DNA of 64,000 nucleotides. It comes from Acanthaster planci (lineage: Eukaryota). Every line of letters begins with the position of its first letter. Within the stretch, counting starts at the first letter, position 1. This document shows, one piece after another, positions 24,801 to 36,700 of the stretch. The notes beneath the pieces are model-generated. The model searched no databases, was not told where the DNA came from, and saw only the letters and a program-made list of their open reading frames with translations. The DNA is taken from assembly GCF_001949145.1 (NCBI RefSeq), contig NW_019091358.1, forward strand, positions 2,598,535 to 2,662,534, read 5' to 3'. The translations under genes and the position numbers were made by a program.

Positions 24801-27800
24801 AAGCAAATGGCATTAATGAACAAAGCTTGAAAACCCTGGCAAATGAGTCTGACGTACTCTTGAAATAACGTCAAACACGGCTGGATCACAATTATAAATT
24901 ATAGACAGTAAAATACAGTGTTATCACTTCTTTCCTTCTTTATTGGCCAGCAGCGGGACTTGAACCCCAAACCCTTCACTCGTGAGTCGAGAATCATTAA
25001 CACCAGGCTACCCTGTGGGTTACCCAAGCAGTACCACACTCCTGTATCTTTCACAAAACAGAAAAGAGAGGAAATTTCTGTTTTTAAGAACAATATCTGA
25101 AGAGATCTTTTCTGAGGACTCTCAGCCTGACAGTGAACAGACACAATCTCACCAGTGTCCCTGGCATGAATGACCGCCTTTCAGGAGACACCAGATTCAG
25201 GCCATGTCTCTGCTCCTCTATGATCATCCTGGGTACAGAACAGGTCAGAATTTTAGCCGACACGCAAACACGCTTAGCGTGTCAACGTGTATTGACTCCA
25301 ACTTCCCTAAATTAAGAAATGGTTCATAGGAAAATCAGCTTGTTATAATGGTCCTGGCTGAAGAATGGATTTCTTTCGTGGTTACTTTTTACTTGTGAAA
25401 ACGTTTCTCGGGCAATCCGGAATTGCTTAAAAACCAGTCCAGAACCAGCAGGAAAAACATCGTCACTTCAGTCGATCCTGTGAGTTTAAATTCAAGGCTT
25501 ACATGTACATTTGGAGAAAGTTTTGTTGTATCCAAACACACACAGTGTGACTGCCAGCCAGTTTCACCAAAATTTGACTTTTTCAGATGTAACCTGACCA
25601 AATAACTTTTCTCGCTCCAAAACTAGGAAACGACTGTACATATTTCAATACTTGTGACGGTCATCTTGCCGGCCAGCGCTACATAAAGTCACTTATTCAG
25701 TGCACTGCCATACATGTACATGCATACATAAGGCTGGAGCGACGGCTCTGCGTGTGAAGTGGCTCACTACATGTTGTCGGCGACCTTTGCAGTCTGTGGT
25801 CACAAGCCCTGGCGACATATTGAGATCCGGAGTCAGGCTCATCATGCATTGGACCAGCAATGCACAGTAAAAACCACGAAGTGTGTATCGAAATGTGTGT
25901 CAGGTTTACTGATCATATTAGAGTGTCGGCTAAAATTCTGACCTGTACTGTAGAAACTCCTCACTTCAACCAAAAACTGCCCTCAACAATGGGTCATTCA
26001 ATAAATTTGGGTCCAATATTTTTCTTTGTCCCTGTTAATATGACATACGGTTTTGCACATTTAAATACACATTCATTTATTTCCACGAGTGAAACAAATT
26101 TCTTGACAAACAGATAAAAATACCTTGATATCAATTTCAAAGATGTCTCTTTTCAAAATGACCCTGATGGCAGATAGAGCAAAAACTCTGTTGAATGGAG
26201 TCCCTAAAAATGGAAGGAAAAAGCCACAGAGCCAACAGGATTGTCTGCACTGCCTTCAAAAACTACTGTCCAACTTACCCTGTGCTTGTAGGAACTTCTT
26301 TTGTACTGTCTCCTTTCATCTTGTCTCTAGTCTCCTTCAAGTCCACACTGTTCTCAACCTTTTCTCCCAATGTCTCCTTGACCATGTTTTGGCGGTCAGC
26401 AGTATTTCCTGTCTGGGGCTTCCCGTCTCCATTTTCTAGATCGCGTTGCACTGTTTTCTGCGTGCCACTTCCGTTCTCGGTTCTTGAGGGGGTCTCCGAG
26501 ACAGACTGTTTGGGTTTCACATCCCGAGTTCCTGAAGCACCTGTTTGGTTGTTGGTGATTGTTGGTCGTACGCCCGCCACTTCCTCTGGTTCAGCTGCTG
26601 AGACTTTCGCTTTAGGCTCCAAAGCCTCCCCGCACAGATCTGTTGATTCCGTTTCGTCCGAGTCTTGAAGACGCTCTTTGCTATTATCAGTTGCTTCTGT
26701 TCTTTGCGTTTCTAATCCTGAGGGTTTGACCGGTGCACTGTTTGCTGGCGAGTCTGAATCTACATCCATAGACTCCTCCTGGTTACTGTTACTCAATGTG
26801 CTAGTTTCCGTTCTTGACGTACTTGAAGTCTCACTCCGACTCTTGCTGGGCTCCCTGGGAACTGAACTAGTCTCCCTCTGAGATACATGTACATCTGGCC
26901 TAAGGTCAACAGTTTCCAGTAGGCATGAATCCTTGGTGTTGTTCGTCAGTGGGGAGTTATTCTCTAGCGCACCATTGCTGGTGTCCTGAGGTATATGGTC
27001 ACTCCGTCCATCACCATTTGTGTCCTTGTCTTGGTTTTGCACGGGTGCAACGATGGCATGAGATAGCTTCTCATTTGCCACGTTATCATAAATTCTGTTG
27101 TCCTCAGATTCTGACAAACGTGCTCTGTAGAAAAAGTTTAAGCAAATTAAGCTTTCAAGTTCAAAATGCAAGTAACACGAAAAATTATGCTTTTTCCTCA
27201 AATCACATTTTTATGTCTGATCAACTTTATGACCTACAACAAACATCATCTTGCCAACATCACACACTAGTGCTTGTAAACAGCCTTCTCCAAAGAGAGG
27301 CCCTCTAGAGATTTGTAAATGCCAGCTTCCTGGACTAGCCAAGGTTAGCCTCATGGTGGCGCTGTTGTAGAAGCCACACCAGGAAACCTGGTCAAAGAGG
27401 TGACCTTGCACAGAAAACAGATACGTAATCATGCATGTACATGTACAGTATCAAATGGGCACACACGTACAGCGTCCACTTACAGACCAGCTGCATACCA
27501 ATCACAGGCCCTGTCTTCAATCTAACATCTTTAAGAAAAATATATGGACCTGTACCATATAAGGAGAGGAAACCAGGGCAATCAGAAGTTTATTTTCATC
27601 AGTTTCCATCTTGTATAGGATACTTTAATCCATAATGCAAACTGCAAGCTCAAAATAAGGCTTAACTCGGCAGAATCAAGTACAAGTGCTTAATCCCCCA
27701 CGATGCTGATATTTTCAGTTTACTTACGTAGTTGCCCTCCCCCCCAAAAAAATGGTAGGGAGCTCTGAAACTGATTGACTGAGAGCTAAAATTAGTTAAG

Positions 27801-29912
27801 GGCAAGATTCTCAAACACTATGAAGTTAGATTAGGAATGTCCAGTATGAGGTCTCACAGTTGATTAAGAATTGCTCATTCGCAGTGTGAGAACAAGCTCT
27901 TGACACTGATCTCAATGCCGAATCTATGGGAGAAGTCTGGAGGTGCATCTTCAGGATCTTGGTCTCCCTAATTTCGGGTCCGAAAATCACAATGTTTCCT
28001 CGGGAAGAACGCGTCTCTGCTTCACCAGAGTTGAAGAAGTTTTAAAACAAGCCCATTACATGAAACAATATTTAGAAATGAATAACTGATGGGTTTCGGA
28101 ACTCAAGTTAGCAAGCTCAGTGTTAATAAACCGACATAGGAGTGCCTTGCAGTCTGTAGGCAATCCCTTCCTGGTAGCTGCCACATTGTTGAATTAATAC
28201 GGGTCAGCTGACAACTACTCCATCACAACTAATCAACTGCTGACCGACCAACAGACTTGCCGTTGTGTCTTATCAAGGTTGTGTCGCAATTTCTGACATC
28301 AACTCCAACACACCATTAATATTTTGATCACAATTCTGGTGAAACAGATGACAGACTGTTAGAAACTGAACACAGATCCCTCACCTTTTAGACGTTTCGA
28401 CAGCCTCGTCGGCGTCTGTATTCCACAAACGCTTGACAGAGTGAATGCTCTTCTCTTCTAGCATGGTTGAGTTCCTGGTGAAGACCAAAATGTTTTAACG
28501 TTAAGAAATTTGTGCAGTGGAAAAAGTTCCAGAGTTCTGCCCACTGCCGATCGCACACCGTGTTGCTACTAAATGTGCCAACCTGAACTGTAAAAGTTGC
28601 ACAAAGAAGCTTTAACCTTAACTCCCCCGGCAACCCTTCCGGACCCCACTGGGCAGTAAACTAACGGGACATTCTTGGTGCGTCAACTTTCAGGGGGGGT
28701 GTCAGGTATCTCGGGAAGGATAACTGGAGCAGCTCTATGTTCCCCAACCCTTCAAAACCCTCCAAAATCTCCATGAGGGATTATGATGGGCCCCGGGAGG
28801 GATGGCCTAACCATAAACAATCTTCACTCCTTCACCTGCTAAGGGACTGAGAAGCACAGCAACATACTCTTTCCTACAAACGTCAATCTGCCATCCGGTA
28901 CTGGTACTGCGGTACACGATCTACATGTATGGCTTCATGCGTGCTCTGGAGCATGTTCATGACTAAAAAAGCCACAGCGGCAAAATACGAAATTTGGACA
29001 CAGCCCCAATATAAAAGGCGTTTGTGTTGTAGACGACTGGTACTACGCATAGTGTCTGTCTGCAGAACTTTACAGGGCAATAATGAGCACATGCATGTAT
29101 CAGGTCTCACATGGAACCTGGCCACTTTGACATGTCAATCTGTGTCTCCCGATGACAACACCACAATGAACTAATCTGTGGGAAGGACATGTACATGTAC
29201 ATACAGTATAGGTGGATTCCACTTTAAGGCATCTGCTCAGAGATTAGTGCATGTTTTGAACATAATCCAAGCACATGTACAATGTACATGTACAACATGG
29301 GCGGGGCACAGTAATGACATTTTTGGTGCCAGTGTTACTCATTTTCTATTTTTGAATACACACTGCCGTCAATTCATGCTCTACTGATATCCTTCCTTTT
29401 CTTAATGAGCAAAACAACGGATGTTATCTGAACCTTGCTCAAATGAACCAAGTCTGACGTAAACAGGGGTGTTGTTCCAGTTCTTTGTAAGGATCTGATT
29501 TTTCTTAGTGATCAAAAATATCTTTCGAGTGCTTGCTGGGGTCGCACTGCACGGGCCGAGAGCAAGGCACAGCACCCTCTCTCATCTGCCGCATCCCCCC
29601 TCCTACCATCCCCCCCACCCCAAATTTGCTACGGAACCACATAGGGGAAAAGCTGATCAGCCCCTCCTAGATTGCATTTCCTGCGAGTCAAGGTCGAGTT
29701 CAACTGTTGGGGAAGGAGGGCGGTGCCACTGTGCAACATGGCCCCGACGACCTCAAACATACACTGCCTTTCCCTTCCCCTCCCCCCCACCCCCCCGGTT
29801 ATCCTTACTTGTCACAGGCGATCGGCGAGGGCTGGGATGACGATGCTACGACTGAGGCAGTTTTCTCTCCTTCGGCGTGATCCTGTGGGCCCAGCTCATC
29901 CATTCCAGACAT
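21830..29912 (-). CDS. GATAD2: GATAD2/p66 transcriptional repressor, NuRD subunit (about 864 aa from ATG 29912; 826 aa from ATG 28464)
   Basis: Exons join in frame: 29809-29925 (ATG 29912), 28385-28474 (second ATG 28464), 26279-27124, 22872-24075, 22203-22421, 21830-21961 (TGA). Motifs: DVIVLSD; CR1 coiled coil IRDLQEELRTEEGKLLLLKKLRQSQLQ; CR2 AAKLALRKQLEKTLLQIPPPKPPPPELHFLPSAANNEFIILVGLEEVV; GATA-type finger CAQCKTDFTTIW..CETC; KAEHTNRLKTAFVKALQQEQEIEQR; C-terminal QREYLLDMIP. MLEEKSIHSVKRLWNTDADEAVETSKRAR resembles the vertebrate GATAD2A N-terminus as I recall it. The most upstream coding exon is less certain than the rest. Confidence 0.93.
24945..25013 (-). mobile_element. tRNA-derived SINE head or degenerate tRNA pseudogene
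   Basis: Minus strand has an A-box-like GGTAGCCTGGTG and a B box GGTTCAAGTCC at tRNA spacing. The acceptor and anticodon stems do not pair properly. Confidence 0.55.
28226..28315 (+). repeat. Dispersed repeat of about 90 bp, second copy at 33187-33276
   Basis: Shared CAACTAATCA.CTGCTGACC..CAGACTTGCC..GTTGTGTCGCAATT.CTGA.ATCA.CTCCAA. Confidence 0.8.
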
Positions 29913-32900
29913 CCTGCTTTCCACACTGTCCACAAAGTCAGCAGACAAAAAGAAAGGGAAACATTAGCAATCCACGCATCACTGAACAACATTATCCCTC
30001 ATCACACAGTGGCCAAGTATGATCATCGATACCTGCATCTGGTCCAACTTCTGGGATGATTACTTCTTCTTTTGCAGTTGGAAATACTGAGTTGTCCATG
30101 GTGCGTGCATGCATATGTACATGCAGAGACGTAATAACCCCCGCTTCACGCACTAACCATTTCCCATACTGCCCATCAGGGTTTTGAATTGCATTGGATC
30201 ACTGAGACCACGTCCAACGAATTTAATGTCGGTCTTGTGCAGGCCAGGACCATACAAGTGTGGTGGTCTACATGTACATGTAGGATAACACTGGAACCTC
30301 CCCAGAAAGTTGTTACTACAAATTCAACCTTTTAACCAACATCAGCGTATGTTCAGTGTTCATCTTTTGTGTGGGTGCACAAAAACCAGCAACATTTAAT
30401 TCATCTGATGTGATAGAAGCAACCTACAATTGTAAAGCTGGTCTTAAGGCCAAAAAAAAGAACTTCTGCTTCCAGTTTCCCAACAGATCCAGATTTTTCT
30501 GCGCTACCCTAAAATTTTTATCAGCAAGTTCCAAAAATGTATTTAAAAACAAATTTTTAAATAAAAAAACTAAAATCCTATTGTCGTTTCTGTCTTTACA
30601 AAAGACGTCTGAACAACCCTTTATCATGTTAAAACACTTTTATTTATGTTTTTCTACTTACATTTGCAACTTTTAAAATAAACTTCCTTTAGTTTCATGC
30701 GTTCCCTTGGCATTTCACTGTCAATGTTGAAAACACATGCGCAAAGCTCAATGCGTTAAAGCAATGCTGTGCTGGTTCCCACTGCACCACGAACATGCAA
30801 AAGAACACGTGATGGAAATGTGGCCATCAGTGTACTATATACGAATGATGTCGTTACACTACACCAGCCTTACATTCATGCAACCCTACAGCTGCAGGTC
30901 AAAAAAACATCGATGTTGCAAGATTTCTGCAAGTTAATTCACAGAATTTAGTCTCTTGTCCATGTGTGTATTTTCTATGTTCACAAGTTTACTTTGAAGT
31001 TGTTTTGCTCGTACTTGAATTGAGCTTGTTTCCACAAAGTTTCCTGCAGCGGCACAAGGTTTATCACCCACCCGTCTGGATGCATCACGCATGCTTACCA
31101 CACAATACACAGACATCGTTGGCCAGTTTGCCATTGTGATTACCTGACTAGCGTTGTGCATAGCAGTGTAAATTGTCCATAATTCTTAAGAATTGTCGAC
31201 TGTAGAAATTTTTATAGATATTAAGGCACGTTTTTGTCACTTTTTGTGGCAATTTTTGGTCGCTTTCGTTCCCATTTATGCCATTCAATCAGCACAAAAA
31301 ACCGATGACAAAAAATTTTTCCAACCTACCAGTACATGTACCGACCCAATTTTTGAGAGGCATGTAATCGAAAGCATAACTACTTGGGGGGCCTTATATA
31401 CAATACGCACAAGAAATACCAGAACGGTCTTGTAGAACTGGTTTTCTGTCAGGTGACTTGTAAATGAAGTTCAAGCCTGGCCTATTCCATCGATGAACAT
31501 CCCTAATTCACAACAATTTGTGATCTCTGATCATAAACACGGTCAAACACATGCATCTGTGCTAGGGTCTCAACCCAATGCACAATGTAGATGGGGGGGG
31601 TTATAAATAGCCCCCCCTCCCATTTAAGTCCTGAGGTAGTGGTACATGTACATGAAGGAGATGAGCAAAAAATGGCAGCCTCCAAAACTGACGGGGGGCA
31701 GACAAGGAAACAGTCCATTAAAACAAAAATTGGGCTCGCCCAATATGGCATCGTGCAACTACAGTGTTTGGGGAAACATAAGCACACAAAATGTATCCAT
31801 AGTGCATGGCACGTAAACACCCCGCTCCAGGTGAACGTTCATATGCTGCCATAATCTCTGCATTAGCATAAGTGCCATTATCGCAGTGCATTCTACACTG
31901 GTTAAATTCCCTGGTCAAACTTAGCTCAAGTCAGGTGCCACGCTTGGTCTGCGCAATGTGCATAACATAAACATACGTGCACCCTCGATACATTATCAGC
32001 TCTTCGTGAATTCTCATGCCAGTTTCAGGCTAACGTGTTACAATGTAGAAGTGCATTTTCCACATTATTGCACTGGCAGGTTACTGGGATGTAGTACACC
32101 AGACTGCGCCAGTGCGCAATGAGTTCAATTGCCCTTTTTTGTTTGAGCCTATCAAGCTGTGGTATTCATCACACGAACAGCATCTGGGGGGTTGGAGGGC
32201 ATTTAAGAGGGCACACCGCTATCACAGATTATCTCCTTAAAACGGTTTAACGGCAGCTTTTTTTATGATGCCAAAATATTCCGAATGTACGCTAATAACA
32301 TCTTTGGCACATCCCAAAAATAAAGGCAGCACACATGTGCCTGTCCCAGCAGTGCGTCCTATGATTTTCATACCCTTTCCTCAGTGTTTCCTCAGCTTCG
32401 TACATGTACGTACACCTCCAGGAATTTGCACCACCTTTAAAAACCCTGAAGCATTCTAATACACATTGCAACATACATACATGTACATGCATGACTTATG
32501 AACGCTGCCTGTAGACTGTACGTTGCGGCATAATTTCTTGCAGGGTCCTCGGCATTGTGTGAAAACAACATTCCCTGAGTTTTCCCGAGTTTTCTCCGAT
32601 GCAGTTGCAGTGAAATGTGCCAGACTGACCACTCTCTCTTTTGGAAAAATCAAAATCCATGACTCTTATTCGGGGCATTTCTGTCAAATTTCCTGATTTT
32701 CACCCGACTGGAAAAACAGTAACTCATTGTAGAGGTGTTCCCTGATTTCCAAGATGGTTGGGAAACCTACCTTAGTGTTGTTCAGCAGTCCAGTTCTGGG
32801 TCATTTAAGTTACACCATGCATCATTAACATGACGGAGTGGAACACTTCATTTTGCTCTATGGAAAATCACTGTCATACATGTACATCATAGAGTTCATG

Positions 32901-33720
32901 TATCTATCATCCAATTAGTTTGTGTGCCTTATATAATCAGCACAACTTAAACCAAACAACCCCTTAATGGAGGTCTCACATCAAACATTCTCTGTGCACT
33001 TAAAACGAAATCTTCACTGTATTTCATGATTTAGGCAAGTGCTTTGAATGTTCTTGACTTAACTAAATAGTGGTTAGGGGCAACATATAGGCTTTTCCTC
33101 AAATTTCCCGAAATTAGTGCAGCCACAATGTACCATGCAATGTTTTCCTTTCTTTTTCAATCATGAATACTGCCACTAAGTAAATGCAACTAATCAGCTG
33201 CTGACCAATCAACACAGACTTGCCACTGTATCTCGTCAACGTTGTGTCGCAATTCCTGAGATCAGCTCCAAGACCAAAACCAATGACCACTCGAGCAGTA
33301 GAAGTATCCCTTTGATAGGGACAAAAACCAGAGAGAATAATTTACCCTCTTCAATAAGCACAGTGAATAACGTGCATAACGGCACAATGTGTAAGGGGGG
33401 CAGGCATGTGTACGTACATGTAGGTAGGCTTTTTACAGGGTTGAGGGAACCATTTCTTTTGTTGGGAAACTATGGGCCAAACTGTCAGAACGAAAATTTG
33501 TCCCCGTGGTATTTTTTGGTTCACACAAAATAGGCAAAACGATGACTATACATGTACATGCATGTAACCATAACTGTGGTGGAACGGTGTGCATGCATGT
33601 GCATATTGTTCACAATGTACAAGGGCTTGCACTGCACGTTTCAATGTGCATGTACCTGTACTTAGCCACCAGACTGCTGCCAGTGCCAAGCATTCTAACA
33701 GCAATAATGTGTTCGGCGTC

Positions 33721-33799
33721 CACCCTTTCAGATTAAATGAACATGATTGGTTACAGTACATGTATCCACCCTTTCAGATTAACTGAATATGATTAGTTA
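33721..33799. repeat. Short direct duplication (33 bp x 2)
   Basis: CACCCTTTCAGATTAA.TGAA.ATGATT.GTTA occurs twice. Confidence 0.8.
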
Positions 33800-36700
33800 G
33801 AAGGACAGGTAGAGTGTACATGTACATGGCTACATGTACTTCTCCAAGGTTGGGGTAATGTGTTTTCTCACATGCATTTGGTTGCTGTATATATATATGT
33901 GGGGACTCCATAAGCAACGGTACATTAAGCAAATACACGAACAAGTAGCTTGCTTGAGCAAAGGACTTCAGTGTGTTCAGATCCATTATCTACATGTTCA
34001 CAGGCCACATGTGCACCGTAAGGCGTAATGTTATAGCTCTTTTTTTTTATAGGTTGTTTTTTCAGGTCTTCTGGGCTAGTTAAAAAAAATTACACAATGG
34101 TGAAAAGCACAGACCAAAAGTCACAGTGATACACAGTCATGTGTACGCCGACATGCACAGTACATGTTCTTCTGCCGCCCAAGGTTACAAGGTGATTTGA
34201 CAAAAGATGGAGGTCAGTTCAGACTGTATAGGGCACAGGAATGCAGTATGCACAGAGGAATACGAATAGAGCACAATGCTTTGGATGTCAGAACCAACTA
34301 TGCGCCTGTGATAACGGTCAGCTGGTTTTTGACTTCCAAGATAGGTGCCCTCCACACAACAGCACCATCAGTGACCTTTAAAATTATCAGCACTTGTACC
34401 CTTTTTGAGCACAATATTTGTCCAAGTGGTCAAGATGTCCCATTGAGTGGTGGTGGATCCAAAGGGGAGTGCACCTGGTGCGTCCCCCCCCCTCCATTTT
34501 TCTTTTTTCTTCTTTTTGAAGGGAGGTTCTAATTCTTCTGTTTTGTCTCTTTTTCACGCACTTTCCTTTTTGCCTCTTTATGCTTTTTGCATGGATGGCT
34601 TCCTTAGCAAGTTCGAAAATGGAGCTCGTCACCCAAAACACTGCCTGCTTACATATCTATGTCCAAGCATTACTTCCAGTATCCAGCTAATGTGACCGGT
34701 CAGCTGCATGTAGGCACTCACAGTTCAGTCTTCAGCACTCAAGTTCAGGTGCTTGCTGCATTTCAAGGGACTATTCATGTCTCCCCTACGAGCAGAATTG
34801 CATACATCAACTGCAGTGTAGTCTGTACATGTAGCTCCTAAGTGAACCTGTGGCAGGGTGGATCAAGAATGTACAAACCCTACATGTGCGCAGGTACAAT
34901 GTACAATGCCTGGTGGAGCAGGGAACGGGGCTTGACCTTTCAGATCCTTCAAAAAACGCGGCAAGTAATTTTGAAAGATTCTGAGGGATGGAAGCAAGCA
35001 CTGCCTTGTCACTGTTGTTCTACGTAAGGCAAATGTCCCGAGTCATGCAGTGAGAACTTTCTGGGAAAATTCAGGGAACTTCATATCAATAAATTTGAAG
35101 GCGCATCGTGAAAGATGAATTCTGACTCGAGAACTAATGGATTGGCCATATCATTAGTAGTTTTAATCAGCATCTCGCAAGGTCAGCAACGAATGAACTG
35201 GTATTTTACTGTCGTTCAAATCAACTAGTTAGTTTTTTAGAGGGGACTGAACCTATTCAAGGAGAGTCTGCAGAGCAACAAAGTCAACGGTATTCTCTGA
35301 CATTAATACAAGCAGTTGATTTTATAACAAAGCCCATTCTGTCCATATGTTACACTGCAAGCACAACCTTAATACGTTTGACATCATGAATGGTGCAAAG
35401 TAATCCCTGCAAAGTCATCAAACCAGGCTTAAAATCAAATTTCAAACATTCAATTGATGAGGTATTTGTCAAAGTCCATTACTATCACATGCAAGAGGTG
35501 TTCGTTAATCCCAACTGATCTGTGTAGTGAAAATGCGCCCTCCCAAATGTTTGTTGCCGCAAAAGGCTAAAGATGATTGCTGAGGATGTTCGTGTGTTCA
35601 ACCTTCAATCGAAGAGATCAATTTGATAAAGACCTGGGTTTCTTAAATTGTGCATTATTCCAATGCCATGACCAAGTAGTAAATCCCGGCATAACAGTGC
35701 AAAAAATACTGACACTTACTCAAGAATTGTAAGTGAACATCGTGCATATATGTACAGTTATAGTCATTGTCATGAACTAAACACCCCTCCCCCGACAAAA
35801 CACAGAAGTTCCATATACATAAAACCTACAGGTATGTTGAAAGGATTTCTTGTTGCTATGTTAGTCCATTTTTACTTTTGTCAACTGACAGCTCTGTAAA
35901 CTTGTATTTAGTTGGAAGGAATCTGTAATGTCTTTTATGAGTCTTGTCTGGCTGATACACATCAGCCCCCCCCCCACTTCTTCCCACTGGAAATGGTCAC
36001 ATGACCAGGCTTATATTTAGAGATCACTCATGCCTTACGCTGAAATGTCAAAGGTCAAGTTATCACACACTGGGAGCATGATCAGCTCACCTCCGGTGAC
36101 CTTGAGCCCTGATTGGCTGGTTGCCTCAACGCAGGGGAACAAAGGGAATGCTGAGGTGGGATGATGAATTAATCATGAGGAAAGGGAATCACCATGGTGA
36201 CCAGGAGTCCCAGCCAATGATGTCATGATGATTGACAGGGGGGGAATGCCGGGTAGGGGATTGTGGGATAGTGGGAAATGGCTGATGATTTGGCGCCTGG
36301 AGGGTTCAATGCTGGCGTGGGATGGCCACGCCCAGGACAAAGACCTCTCAAACAAAGAAATCCATGTGTCTATACAGGAAGCTAAGAGGGGTACAGGCTC
36401 TACTTGTTTAACCTGGTTGAACCTGCGGGGAAGGGGGGAACTACAAATGTCTGCATCATGTATCAAACTCTTTAATCCCCCATAATCCCTTCTAACACAT
36501 GCAGACACATTACGCAATTACACATTGTCTCCTCTCTGTTTAAACTTTACAAATGAATTGCCACTGGGCCTCCATTTCATGGCAGAAACAGGAAACACAG
36601 AAAAAAAAGCTACAACCCTCTTGCTGCGTTGGCAAGGATTTTTATAGCACTGATGCCCTTAGAGGCTAAATATTTCAGTCTTGGCTGATCATGTCGTCAC

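Noticed and set aside
24945..25013. Functional tRNA gene
   Set aside because: The cloverleaf stems are broken, so it is listed as a SINE head or pseudogene instead.
27211..27387. Perfect Kozak GCCACCATG at 27354 (-) as the GATAD2 start
   Set aside because: No credible phase-2 donor joins it to exon 27124. Exon 28385-28474 provides an in-frame start with a GATAD2-like peptide.
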